In this document: one piece after another, positions 24,918 through 38,900 of the stretch
How positions within the stretch are numbered: the stretch's first letter is position 1
Layout: each line of letters opens with the position of its first letter
Source of the DNA: Azolla caroliniana
Taxonomy: Eukaryota; Plantae; Polypodiophyta
DNA length: 64,000 nt
Assembly (NCBI GenBank): GCA_043228905.1
Contig: JBHGNT010000022.1
Location: 8,432,001 to 8,496,000 of the forward strand
Direction: 5' to 3'
Made by a program: the position numbers and the translations under genes
The notes under the pieces: generated by a model
Seen by the model: only the letters and a program-made list of their open reading frames with translations
Databases searched by the model: none
Told to the model about the DNA's origin: nothing

Positions 24918-25457
24918 ATGGCACATCGCATCACTCGCCTCATCGTGGCCGCCGCCGCCGCCGCCCCTTCCCGAAACATCCAGAGGTAATTAGCATGTTA
25001 TTGCTTAGCGAAGCATCGAGAGGGACGCAATAAGCGCGAGTGATTTAACAGATCTTATCCCATATTGCCGATTAATCTCTAAGAAATTACATAAGAAATT
25101 ACATAAGAAATTACATAAGAAATTACATGTACCTAACAAAAAGATTTGCATAGAATGTACAGGCCATTGTTGTTGTGGATCGGGGATTCGCGACGATTCG
25201 TGGCCACGGCCGGCCCCGGGTTGGGGGGCGGGGCCGGAGGCGGAGTCCTTGGGGGTGGCTTCGAGGAGGAGCGGGCGGCTCAGCCCATGGGGCCCCGGAC
25301 GGAACCTCGGAAAGTGTGGTGGGGCCCCGATCCAACAACCGGAGTGTGGGTCCCCGAGGGCCAGGAGCTCCACACGCACGTGGCGTCCTCGGACGCCGCC
25401 ACATCAGCCTGGTTCCGCGATGACGTGCATGCCACGTCAGCTCCCGTGGAGGGTTGA
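24918..25457 (+). CDS. LEA_3 (LEA5/W-motif) family-like protein, ~120 aa, 2 exons: 24918-24985 and 25163-25457
   Basis: Exon 1 encodes MAHRITRLIVAAAAAAPSRNIQ, then AG|GTAATT. Branch-like CTAAC at ~25133 and acceptor TACAG|G give a phase-2 intron that joins in frame to the ORF carrying WWGPDPTTGVWVPE and AWFR. The exons are GC-rich in an AT-rich context. Confidence 0.85.
25081..25128. repeat. 12-bp tandem repeat AAGAAATTACAT x4 in the LEA intron
   Basis: Seen directly. Confidence 0.95.
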
Positions 25458-27478
25458 CAACCCCTCTCTTGGTGTTGGTTGGGGAGGGGGGGGGGGGGGG
25501 GGGATCTTAGAGTCGTAAGAAGATCAAAGAATAATATAGATGTGCCACATCACCCATAATCCTACCTTCCTTTCTTCTTCAAAGTAAATTTGTGGCAGTT
25601 TGGTCTTTGTTTAGTACTTTGAAACCCATCTAATCCATGTCCAAAAAGGATTGCCTTTTTAAGTGTGTATATAGTAAATATAGTTTTACAACAATTGCCT
25701 TATATTGTTGACCATTGAATATGGCTAATTTAGTTTTTGTGGGATTCAACGTAATACTTCTTCTTGGAGAATGAGAACTCTCACAACTTCTCGCCAATAT
25801 ATGAGTGCTCTATAATGTTTCCTCTCGAAAGTTTATTGTTCATTAACGTCATCATGGTTTCTCGAATTCTGTAGGTCTTAATTGTTTATGATGACTCGTG
25901 TCTATTCATGCGATTAAGGCTTAGCATGATATCAATTCGGTTACATGCATTACTTGGAATTTGTGATTGTTTAATTGCATCTATAATTCTCAAGGACCCC
26001 ATATATGTGGGTAAAGGTCGAGGGTCTCTAAATGTATGAGACATATGATTCCAAAGATATATGTACACAAATTGTATAATTGCTCAGGTGGGGTGTGATC
26101 TCCTTTCTCTTTTCTAATTATTCACCTTGATGCATAAATAATTGGTGTTATACAATTTGCCAGATGACATTTCAAAACATGGGATCGAGTGCATGATATT
26201 TCAATCTTCAGAGTACAATAACAACAATGTTAATCGTCTCTCTATCATATTGTCTCGCTATTTTGCCCAAACATGGTCATATGGACCTTGATTTGGACAA
26301 ACCTATAACTGAAATCGAGGCTCACTATGACGGGATTATCCAAATATAAAGTTTTGCTTCAACATTGATAACATGTGTGAGGGGGCTACAATATTAATGT
26401 CTCGGGTTCTTTACAAAATACCATCGACATGCAAGATGAAGAGTTATAGGCAGTCATGATGGAGAATGGAGAATGGAAAGTTAGTGTTCTTGAGAAAGTA
26501 CACCTCAAGTATTTTTATGAGATGCACAAGTTAAGCATAAAGTGAAGCAATGTGAGTACGATCATCTAGAGGTAAATGAATTATTAAACAAGACTGAACA
26601 TGAGTATAAATTGAAAAACGAGAAAATGGACACTATGAGGTGTGAAGTAAAGTGAAGTGAGGTGAACATACCAAAATTGTGGGTTGATCTATGCAACCAT
26701 AATGTCATTTTTCACTCCTATATAAAGCAAGTTGTTACACCAACAAAGAATATGAAAAATATTAACGCACATGAATGGAAAGGGCGACGATACCATAACA
26801 TTAATATTTATAGGATCTTAGAGAAGAATATGGGAACAACTATGTTACTTGGAATTGACATTGTGGAGGCCTTAAATACACACTATGCCATTCCAATATT
26901 CAAATTTTAATGACAACAGAGCTGGAAAACAAGGTGTCACTTACGTGTGAGAAAGGCTTATTGTATGCATAATTCTTAATGAAATGTAAGAAAGATGATT
27001 CTTTAAAATGTTTAAATCTCCCTCATAGGTTCACAATGTTTTGTGTATGAATATCAAACATTGTCATGACAAAACACTCGTTATAGCGCATGAAGGGAAA
27101 ACAAAAGTAAGCTTAAGAATGCTTTGGAAGATGGAAAGGTACATGAGGGGTCCTTAAACAAATGTGTGTCACTATATATATAAGCATGTACTAATATCAT
27201 GATGTGATTAATGTGTTTGGAAGAGATATATCTGTACAAAGGATGCACATCAGAGACTTCAGACGGGGGAGAGACATGTCATATATATTTCACATAAATA
27301 TCATCATTATGCGAGGAGGAGGGGCAATGACTTAGGTTTGACAAAGACATTTGTTTGTCGTAGATAGAGAAAAGAGAAAACTCACAATCAATTAGACTAA
27401 TGAGGAAGAAGAAGAGAACAAGGTTAGAGAGAAAGAAAGAGAGAAAATAAAGAAGGGACATAAACATGTCCTCGAAAG

Positions 27479-27482
<4 letters not shown>

Positions 27483-27517
<35 letters not shown>

Positions 27518-29160
27518 ATAGATACTATTATTGTCTTTGGAAGTAAAATATGACCAATGAGACCAAACATATTACATTTCACTTGATATGTGTGAAAGTG
27601 AGTAGTGACTCTGGATGTTCAAGAACTTTACCAATGAATGTTGCAATCGACAATGCACGTTGTGGTTGTGAGAGAAATTTGTGCAAGGATTGAGCTTGGT
27701 CAAAGTTGTGTGGAAAGCATGGTTGAAGGTAAAGCATTGTAGAGCATTGTATTCAAAGTGTGATACCCAGACTCTCGAACTTATTTAGGGCAAAGTATAT
27801 ATTGTCGACCACTCATATTAGAGCTCATGGGTTCAACCCCAGCATTCCACTGTCGCATCTAGTGAATCAAGAGATATGTATGGTGTAATACAGAGGTGAG
27901 AATTTTGGGTTTTGAACCCAATGCGTAGTTTATGTCGTGCAACAACTTACCAATAGGGTAAGATAATTATGATAAAAAACAAGGATAGAGAGAGCTCTCT
28001 CTCTCTCTCTCTCTCTCTCTCGCTATATATCCTCCTCCTCCTTGAGACGGGATCAATTCCCATTGAGAACTTTGCCAAGGAAAGGGTTGTTGAATACATG
28101 CTTAAGGTTCAAAAAAGTCCCTCCATCGACTTCCTAGAATCAAATGGGAAGCAAGCAAAAATATCTAAAAGACGCATAAAAGCAAAATTTTGTGTTCCGG
28201 TTGGATGCAAGATATGAAAAAGTGGTTTGGTAGATGGGATGCAACACATTTGCTCATGATACATCACTAGATTCCTCTGTAAATGAGGCCTTTTTGCAAC
28301 ACCAATGTACCATGACATGGGAAAAATGTGGAGGCTCACACTTCATACATTATACGACACATGTTGAACCTAACTAAACCATATTTTTCGCGGAATGGGG
28401 AAACCATACACATCAATACATGTTAGAACCCATTCCGTTGGCTTCTATTTGAACCATTGCTTCCATGCGACTTAGCTCACATGCATTGTGTCATAGACAT
28501 AACAACAATCATGTCATGACTCAAACTCTTGACCTACTGTATTGTAATCAAATGATATGTCTTAACCAACACATCCAATACATGGTCATGTTATCTTAGT
28601 AGATTACCAAGATTACCTTTCTACATGTAGGAGATTTTAGAAGCTTCTAGAAAGCTCCAGAGCTGGAACATTCCAGAAGGTTGTGTATGAAAAGGAGTCT
28701 CTACATGGAACTACATTTAGAGCCCACAAACATGTATAAATAAATACAAGGGTTCACCTTGGCCCTAGTCAAGGTGAACAACTATCGCGGACAGGTAGAC
28801 GAGGTTAAATACTAAGAGAGAGAGAAATGTCATAAACATGACAACAATCATGTCATGACTCGAACTCTTGACCTATTGTATTATAATCAAATGATATATC
28901 TTAACCAATACATCCAATACATGGTCATGTTATTTTAATAGATTACCTTATATTATCTATTCGACATGTAGGATATTTTAGAAGCTTCTAGAAAGCTCTA
29001 GAGCTGGAACATTCCAGAAGGTTGTGCATGAAAAGGAGTCTCTGCATGGAACTACATTTAGAGCTCACAAACATGTATAGATACAAGGGTTCACCTTAGC
29101 CCTAGTCAAGGTGAACAACGCCAGTTCCAGAAGCATAATACAGTTCTTGTTCTCTTGTCT

Positions 29161-29197
<37 letters not shown>

Positions 29198-29523
29198 ATT
29201 TAACCTCGTCCACCTGTCTGTGACACACGTGATGAGAGTGGTCCACTATGCACATTTTTCCCTAAACAAGTTCAAGAGTTTGAGTATCACACTTTGATAG
29301 AATCTTTGCCTTTGATCATATTCGCCCATGCTTTCCACACATCTTCGACCAAGCCCAATCCTTGCACGAATTTCTCTCACAAACACAAAGTGCCCACTCA
29401 TAATTGCAACATTCATTGGTAAGGTTCTTGAACATCGAGAGTCACTACTCACTTTCACACGTATCACGTGAAATGCAATTTTTTTGGTTTCGTAGGTTAT
29501 ATTTGACCTCCAAAGACGATAAT

Positions 29524-29563
<40 letters not shown>
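27483..29563. repeat. Diverged ~300-bp inverted repeat pair (27515-27820 and 29232-29527), each abutting a (GA)n/(TC)n tract
   Basis: gtgaaagtgagtagtgactc...gatgttcaagaac..taccaatgaatgttgcaat appears as its reverse complement at ~29400-29460. Confidence 0.85.
28489..29225 (+). mobile_element. Small LTR-like repeat: truncated copy (28489-28782), inverted 3' end (28783-28825), full copy (28828-29225, TGTCA...TGACA)
   Basis: ~290-bp direct repeat seen directly. The spacer is the reverse complement of ~29185-29225. Confidence 0.7.
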
Positions 29564-29566
<3 letters not shown>

Positions 29567-32500
29567 TCTTCTTGAAGCTTATTCTAGCTATATCCTGGGC
29601 ATAAGAGGTCTAATTTTGACAAGCTATGACTTGAATCGAGCTCCACAATATGATTTAGGAAGATAAACTTTGTAATAAATGTCGACCGTATAGATTTAGA
29701 ACTATACATCTCTTAGTTTGGTTGTATAGAAATATAGATTTAGTATGATCAATAATGAGCGGAGAACACCAAACATTTTCGATCTCAATTTAACATTTTC
29801 AATCACATTGCTTATAGCCATATTTGACCTATGAAGACAATAATTAAATCTCTCCCTCTTACACAAGGATATAATGTGCAATCTAAATTGCAATGGTCAT
29901 GAAGAAAAATCCTAAGCTTCTAGAGTCACTACCCAATTGCATACATAGTGTGTGAATACCTTTCACTTTTAATATTATAGGTCATATTTGAGCTTTGAGA
30001 ATGATAACAAAATCCATCAATCTTATCTCTATCATCAAAAGTTTCCACGTGCATAAAAAAGATGTACAACGGAAAAAAAAGACCCCACATGACATCAAAC
30101 TTTTGTGGTTGGATGCTACATTCCTCATAATGTGTGTAAAAATATTTTACTTTTAGTTTCATAAATCATATTTGACCTCAAATAATGAAATATACCAATA
30201 TTATCTCTACCATCTAAAGTATGCACATGCATAGAAAATATATAAGACTTATTAGAAAGGCATGACATGACATTCACATTTTTGTAGTTGGATGTGACAT
30301 TCCATAATATTTCCAACTTTTATGCCTGTTTAGATCTAGACCAATCTTTTGTCAATCCAAACCCAAGAGAAAGTACATGCATCTTTTTAGTTTGGAGAAA
30401 CCTTATGGTAGATTTGTTGAATGTTATGATAATTGAACTCTTATGGAACTCTTATGGAATTCTGTATAAAGTGCAATCAAATTCAAGAAATATGCTCTAT
30501 TAAGGCTCTCTTTCGCACATGCCTTCTTACTTTACTATTCAAGATATATGCATCGTGTAGAACATCTTTAACCTATCAAGACTAAAACGCTCAAATGTAT
30601 AAAAAAGGAAGTGAATGCTTAGATAAGTAATATGATCGTGCACTGCAACATGTCATGGCCCACAATTGGTGTACAAATTAGTCCAAAACTTTATATAAAA
30701 AGGGGAATTTAAATAATGCAAACAATTATAGGATAATCAAGGTTGATTATCCTATAGATGTGTCATGGAAGTGAACCCAAGTGCATGAACTTTAAAGAGA
30801 ATGACAAAAAGGCTTATGGAAAAATTGTTTTAGAAAATTATTATAGCACTATAGATAATTTTATAATGAAAAAACTCTCTTTCAAAGGTAAATGATTATA
30901 TTATAACTTCATAAACATTAGATTTTGAAAAGTTTTTGCTAAGGTGCTTAGTGAAAATCTTTAGGGATACATGGAAGAAGTTGAGATACTAAGTGAATCT
31001 ATGCTTGTAATTTCTCATTTCAATGAGAAGCTTTTATGTCGTGTGCATGGGAGATGGAATTTCAGATTTTTACCACAACTATTTGGTGCTCAATAATGAT
31101 GCCAAACCTCACCAACTCTCTCTTTTTCATACATTGATGAGTGTGAGAAAATGGTTGAGAAGTTCATAAAATAAAAGGACATTGAAGAAGCTACCATTGG
31201 GAATGTGGATATCATGTGTTTGTGGAGCTATTTAATAATGCTTTAGTAGATGCCCAAAAGCTTTCATTTGTATTAGAAAACTCATATATGCAAAAAAACA
31301 TTCAATGTTAATATGTCTAAAACAAAGGCCATACTTGTGGAGCTGAAAACAATACCTCAAGACATGGCAAGAACTAGGAATCCATCATATCAATTGAGTT
31401 ATTTATAACTTGTTCAATACTACTCAAATATCAAGCAAGAAGCAAATTGTGGAGAATATGATGCAAGACACCTTGGACAAATTTATCCATACAATCAAAT
31501 ATATGAATGGAATCAATAATGCTCTAATATGAGGTATATTTGCTGGCATTAGCCAGAGAACAAGACCCAAGATGAATTGCTTTTGATAGTCAAAAGCATG
31601 TTGTGAACTTGGGTGATACATGATAAAGAAAGCAAATGTGTTAGAAATTACATCCAAGAAGCTTGCCATTGACTCAATATTTGAGCTTAGTAGAAGTAAG
31701 CAAGGTTCTTAGTATCATTAGACAACAATTTACAAGTGAAAACTACAATAACCACCATTTGATTGTGATATTTTAAGGAAATCACAAGATTTCGTTGAAC
31801 ACAAAAATTTAACCAAATCTTGACCTAATAATTATCCTTGCTCAAAATATTCTACAATTGTTACTAGCTCATTTTGCTTGCTATTTGTTTAAAGGTTATA
31901 CTCCACAGGCGATTGAAGGACATCATTGTGCCAACTCCATGTGTTTTCACTAAGTGCATGTCTTTGTCTTTATGGGATTATGGCTTTACGTTGAGATCAC
32001 TCTTTTTGGGATTCAAGGTCACCACATAAACTTTTGATGGAGAATCACACAATATTGGTTGTCAAGCACTCTTATGTTGGATCTAGGTGTTGGCACCAAG
32101 CTCATGTCATGTCTTTGTCTCTACCGAGTTTTGTGTCCATATAAATATCCTAAATTGAGGAGTTTCACCACCTTGCCTATTAATGGTGAATTGATCAAGA
32201 ATGCATGTCAAGAATTCTCGAGCTAGGAGCTTGCGAATGTAAACATGCGGAAGCGTTAGAAAGAACCGGCTCAGCCGGATAGCAATAGAGAATAAGAGGT
32301 TTAATGGAGAAGCTTAATACATAGAGAGAGTATACACAGGAGAGATAGAGAGAGCAGAACGTAAACATTTATTCAAAATAACTCCACAACTCTATACATA
32401 CAACGTGCTAAACAACACTTATTTATACAAGTCCATAAAGGACTGATAGAAGTACTGACAGGTACTTCAATATTCCTACGCGCGACTTACACTAACTATG

Positions 32501-33089
32501 AGACAATGATTACCTAGTAGTCTAGGCTACTACTAGGCTTCCGGTTCTCACTCGAATCCGGCTCTCCGATACGTCTCCCGATCCGGCTGATTGTTTGCAG
32601 ATACCATCCGGATACCGATCCGGCTCATCCTTCCGGATGCCGATCCGGCTCAGGCTTCTTTAGCCGATCCGGATCCGGTTGAGCTTGCTCGCTCAACACT
32701 CCCCCTCAAGCTCAACTTGAGGTCGGATCTTGGTGTTGGTGTTCGTGGCAGCCGGTTCCTCTACGCGTCTCCTTTTGGCGATGCTCCGCCTTGCTTGCGC
32801 TCCTCGTCCGGTCCGGTTTTGTTTGCTGCAACCCTTTTGGTTATGCGCACTTCGACCTCCTCGGTCGGCTTGTCTGCTCAACAAACCCATTTCATCTCCC
32901 TCATTGCTGTGACTCCAACGCTTGTCGACACAACTCTTGTCGGCCCATTTCAGCTCCCTCGCTGCTCTACCTTCTATTTCCTTCGATTCGTTCCAGCTCT
33001 TGTCCGAGTCGGTGTTCTCTAACTCGTCTTCTAGTTTCAGGCCCTTCTCCATATCAGACCATGTTCGGGTCTTGGCCTTCTTCTTCCCG

Positions 33090-34749
33090 TGTCGCGAAGA
33101 TTCGAGCACGTGTGTTACTTGGGCGGGACCACGGGGGTCTTGGACTAGGGAGTACTCAAGGGATAGAGAAGACCCGAGGTTTGCTTTACGACAATACTAC
33201 TTCCCGACCCCTTCTCGAGCAAGGTCTCGTTGCCCTTTGTTTTGTGAGGCCGGTGGCTCTCGTTGATCACGACTCGTCGACCTTTCGAGATCACTGCACG
33301 AGCCAAGTGACCAAACGGGTACAAGCAAGATGAGCACACAACATGAACGCACAAGGGGACGATAACACAAACACGAATGTCCGTACGTCTTTATGAGGAG
33401 GAGGGGTACATGGGCAAGCCCGAACGCTCCCTCGTCACGAGACGACCGAACGTACAAGGAAGACACAAACACACGCACCAAATGCTCATATGCCTTTATG
33501 AGGAGGAGAGGTGCATGGACAAGCCCGAAACGGTCCCTCGTCTCAAGGCGGCCGAACGTACAAGGAAGACACACACACACACAAATGCTCGTACGTCTTT
33601 ATGAGGAGGAGAGGTGCATGGGCGCGCCCGAAACGCTCCCTCGTCACAAGACGGCCAAACGTACAAGGAAGACACGAATAAAGAAAGAAGGAGAGAAAGA
33701 AACACGAATGATATCGACCAAAGAGATAAATACGTGTTCGATTCCAACGCAAGAGGACCCTTTATAAAATAGGGTTTTGTTTACAATAGCAACTTATAGT
33801 TAACCACAAGTTCAATCAAAACATAAATATTAAATGCCCTTGGAGACAAAAGCAAATCCGAAATACTGTGCATTGTCGGGATTGGGTTCTTGCATGATAT
33901 TGGCTAAAGAAATAAATATGTGTTCGATTCCAACACAAGAGGGCCCTTTATAAAATAGGGTTTGATTACCATGTGGCAACTTCTAGTTAACAACAAGATC
34001 AACAAAACATAAATACTAAATGCCCTTAGAGACAAAAGCAAATCTGAACACGAAGAAGATGAACACACGAGCACCACCAAAATGCCAATCCCAACGAACC
34101 ACAACCAACCGAATGGTGAGCACATGGGCTCGCAACGACGAACGGGGCAGAGCAACGTCGAACCAACGAAGCTTGGGCTCACGAGCACTTCGAGTGCCGA
34201 CGCAAAGAAGACGAGCCCGTGGCAATGGGGGGATGAAGGGGTATGAGATGAAGAGAAGTGGTGAATAAGGAGATGAAGAGCTTCGAAGGAAAATTGGCAA
34301 TAGTCTCTCCTCCTCCCCAAAACGTCCTCCCGAATGAGCCCCCCTCGACCTCCTCTATTAGGAAAAGAAAGAAGGGGGGGTCGCCAAATTTGTCTTCAAT
34401 GAAAAAGGAATAAAATTCCTTATAAATCACTTTGCATTGTAAGTCCAAATTTAAACCATGCACCTCTAGCTAGTAGTCAATGTAACTATCTACTAGCCCA
34501 ATAACTCTCTCTTATATAATATATAATTCTATCTCTATAAATTCATAGCTTGTCTCCCCTTTACCTTTTATCTCTCCTCTCTCTTACTTTTTGCACGAGC
34601 TTCTATACCCCTTTTTCACCCTTTCTTTTCCTTTTTATTTTGCATATGCACAATTAATTGCTTTTGTGTGCACACACATTGCACATGCACATTTTTGACT
34701 GCCACCTTTCGCCGGTTTTTCCCACTCTCGAGCACGCCACATCACGACA
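33090..34749 (-). mobile_element. Solo-LTR-like element of the same family as 9021-12878, 1660 bp, chimeric
   Basis: Minus-strand termini TGTCGTGA...TCGCGACA. About 3 copies of the 105-bp unit. A duplicated ~150-bp module flanks a LINE remnant at 33860-33895. The TSD is poorly conserved. Confidence 0.8.
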
Positions 34750-35961
34750 CCAATTGGCTCTGTCCTTCTTGACTCTGCCGTCGCTGCCACTCGTTCCGTC
34801 TTCCTTGGTCGACTTGACTTCCTTTTTCCCTTTGTCTCCCCCTTTGTTGGTTCTTTCTTCCTCTCCGGCTCCTTGTCCGGTGCCCTCTGTTCGCTCTCCT
34901 TTTGTTCCCCTCAAGTGCGGCACGTCGAGATGCTGAACCCCAAACATTTCCGTGAAGTGCTGCAACTTGTCCGATCCGAGCGGTTTGGTGAAGATATCGG
35001 CATCTTGCCAATCCGTCTGAACATACCGAAGTTCAAGTTGACCGCTCAAAACCCGCTCACGCACGAAGTGATAATGCACTTCTATGTGCTTTGTCTAAGC
35101 ATGGAACACGGGGTTCTTGATGAGTTGAATGTTGCTCATGTTGTCATAGTAGATCAGTATCGGGGTCGGTACCTCAATCTGCAGGTTTTGCAACAGTCGC
35201 CGAAGCCAGATGGCTTCACAGGTGGCATTGGTAGCACCCCGGTATTCAGCCCTAGTGCTCGACAGAGCCACTGTTGTCATCTGTATATCCGACTAGCTTC
35301 CCACCTATACCGTGTTGGTATAACAGTCCCCGATCCTTCGTGCCACTAACATATTGGAGTATCCGGTGTGCGCACTGAAGGTGCGCACTGAAGGTGCATG
35401 AACTGGCTGATCACTTCGACCGGGTAATTGAGGTCGGGTCGAGTGATTGTTAGGTATATGAGGCTTCTGAAAATTATTCGGAACCATTTCTCATCGCAGG
35501 CTGGTCCTAAGTTGGGACAAAGCTTCTGGTTCCGGTCCAGGGGTGTGGAGACAGGTTGGCATTCCGTCATGCCGAACTTGTACAACATATTCAACACATA
35601 GTGTCGTTGTGAGAGCAATATGTTGTCGGGGGTTTGGATCACCTCGATCCCAAGAAAATAATGAAGGTCCCCCAGGTCCTTCATTTCAAATGCGTCCGAC
35701 AGTTGGGACTTTACTCAGCTGATTTCATTGAGTTCGGATCTGGTGATGACCAAATCATCTACATAAAGCAAGATGCAAACCAGACCGTCCGGACCTTGCC
35801 GGATGAAAAACGATGAGTCGGATTTAGAGGTCACAATACTCAACCGGTGCATAATCCTTGAATTCCAAGCTCAGGGGGCTTGTTTTAGACCATAAAGTGA
35901 TTTCTTAAACCGGCACACCGCCGACTTGTTCATCTCCGATTGAAAACCGGGAGGTTGGATC

Positions 35962-38900
35962 TGTAGAGTAATGCACGGAATATTGCTCGGCCACAACCGA
36001 GTAGTGAAATCACTTCTGTAAGAATCAAACACAGAAATGGGAAGTGGAGAGTACACAAAGAAAAATGACACAGGATGTTTACGTGGAAAACCCTAATAGG
36101 GAAAAATCACGGGAGCCCACTGACTCCGAACTATCACTATGAAGAGAAAGGGGTACAATCAGAGACTCGGAGGCAACGGGCTCGAGCTCTGTTTCTTCGC
36201 ACAGTGGTGGTTACGACCGAGTATCGCTTTGTATCTCTCTCTCTCTCTCTCTCTCTCTGTGTACAACAGTTACAGAAATATGACAACACACACATATCAT
36301 ACTAAAGTGATTGCCCTAAGTCATATTTATAGTTATATCAACTTAGGGCTATTTACAAAAATAGTCTCAATGGGCTTATTCAAGACATATTTACAAATCT
36401 GTCTTCTCTTCTGGTTCTCACCGGGTCTCCTTCGGTTTCCGGATCTCTTTCAGTTCTCACCGGATCCCATCCGAAGAGACCGATTTCCCAACAATCTCCC
36501 CTTTCACTCCGGTATGGGATGTCCTGTAAGTCCGATCCGCTTCTGGCATGCGTCCAACTTGTCGGGTGTCAGCACCTTGGTCAACATATCCGACCCGTTC
36601 TCCTCAGTGTGGATCGTCGTCACCATGAACTCTTGATCTTCAACTCGCTCCTGGATCTAGTGGTACTTCCGTGGTTGACAACACAACCGTCTTCTGCAGC
36701 CTTGACTGCCACGAAACGGCTCCCCCTACATAGGTTATGACATATCCAGAAGTTGACCGGCTGGTGTTCACATCAGCCGACATATCCGAATCGGTAAAGC
36801 CTTCCATGAGGGGTTTACCGAAGCCGAATCGAAGGCACATACTCGAAGTGCCCTTCAAGTACTGGAGTATCCATTTTACCGCATTCCATTTCTCTTTTCT
36901 GGGGTTGGTCATGAATTGACTCACCACTCTGATTGTGTATCCATTATCCGGCCAAGTACACACCATTGCGTACCTCACGCTCCCGACTGCAGAGGCATAT
37001 GGAATCTTCATCATATCCACCTTCTCTGCCTTTGTCTTCGGGCTTTGCTTACCGGATAATTTGTAGTTTGTCGGGAGTCTCGATCCGACCGGTTTTGCTT
37101 CTGACATGTTAAACCACTGAAGCACCTTTGTCACATACTTTTCCTGTGACAGCCACAATTTCTTCTTCGACCGGTCCCGGATGATGTGCATCCCCAGTAT
37201 CTATCTTGCCGGACCCAAGTCTTTCATTGAGAAGGTCTGGTTAAGGGCCTTCTTCAGCATCTGTATCTTGACTTGGTCTTGTCCGACGATCAACATGTCG
37301 TCCACGTACAGGAGCAATATCAGGAAATCTCCTCCATCAAATTTCTTCACAAACACATAGTGATCAGCCTGCGTCTTGTGGTACCCTTGATTGGTCATGA
37401 AGGAGTCAAACTTCCGGTACCATTGCTGGGGAGCTTGCTTCAGTCCGTATAAGCTCTTCTTTAGCCGGCACACCAGGTGCTCCTTCCCTTTCTTCTCAAA
37501 TCCTTCCGGTTGATGCATGTAGATCTCTTCTTCGAGGTCTCCATGTCGGAATGCCGTCTTGACGTCCAGTTGCTCTACCTCGAGATCCATGCTTGCCGCT
37601 ATGCCCAATATCGTCCGGATGGATGTCATGTTTACTACCGGGGCAAAGATCTCATCGAAGTCCACTCCTTTCTTCTGTTGGAAGCCCTTCACCACGATTC
37701 GGGCCTTATACCTTGGTGGATACACCCACTTGTTCTGGAGTGCCCTCTTTCCTTTCGGCAACTCCACAAATTCGTATGTGTGGTTCTCATGCAGGGAATC
37801 CATCTCATCCTGCATGGCATTCAACCACTTGCGGCTATGGGTGTCCCCCCTTGCTTCTTCAAAGCTTTCCGGCTCCCCCTCATCGGTTAGCAACACATGC
37901 TCTGCATCCGGAAATCTTCGGGGGGCTTTTCTCTCCCTGAGAGGATATCTCCGTCCTTGGTTTCTGACTGCCGGTTCCTCCGTCTGTTCCGAATCCGAAT
38001 CCGATTCGGGATCTTGGCCGGTTCTGGTGTCTTCTTCTTCTTCTTCTTCTTCGGTCGGTTTGGTTTCTTGTCTGAATCTGGCCGGTTCGTCGAGTGTCAT
38101 CTGGTTGCCGGCTAACATCCGGTTTTCAACCGGGTATATCCTTTTGTCCTCAAGCTCGTTTTCAATGGATGATCCGGAATTCGTTACCTTCTTCTCTGAC
38201 TCCCAGTCGGCGATGGTCCTGTCTTCCATGAAGACTATGTCCCGACTCCGGAACACCTTTTTGTCGACCAGATCCCACACCCGGTAACCAAACTCATCAT
38301 CGCCATATCCAAGGAATATGCATGGCCGGGACTTCAGATCGAGCTTTGCTCTCTTGTCCTTCGCCACATGCACGTATGTGAGACACCCGGACACCTTCAG
38401 ACGCCACTAAGACCCATCCTTACTGGTCCATACTTTCTGCGGTAAGTCTCCGTCCAAGGGTATTGAGGGTGATCTGTTTATCACATAGGTCGTCTTCATC
38501 AGCGGCTCAGCCCAAAATTTCTTGGGTAACTTGGCATGTGCGAGCATGCTCTAGACTCTCTCTCTCCATTATGGTCCAGTTCATCCTTTCGGCCAACCCG
38601 TTTAGTTCCGGTGTCTTCGGCACGGTGAATTCGAGCTAGATTCCTCTCGACTAGCAGTACTCCTCGAACTGCCCTCGGTATTCTCCTTCGTTATCTGCTC
38701 GAACTGCTTTCAGCTTCCGTCCGATTTCTCTTTCCACTCTCGTGTGGAGCTCCTTGAAGACGGATAACACTTGATCCTTCGTCTTCAATGGTGAGACCCA
38801 CAACTTCCGGCTGTGGTCATCTATGAACGTCACGAAGTACTGTGATGTAGCATGTGACTTCGTGTCAACTTGACACACATCGGTATGCACTAGCTCCAGT

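Noticed and set aside
30600-32230. Faint copia pol-like traces
   Set aside because: Too degenerate to assign boundaries or domains by eye.
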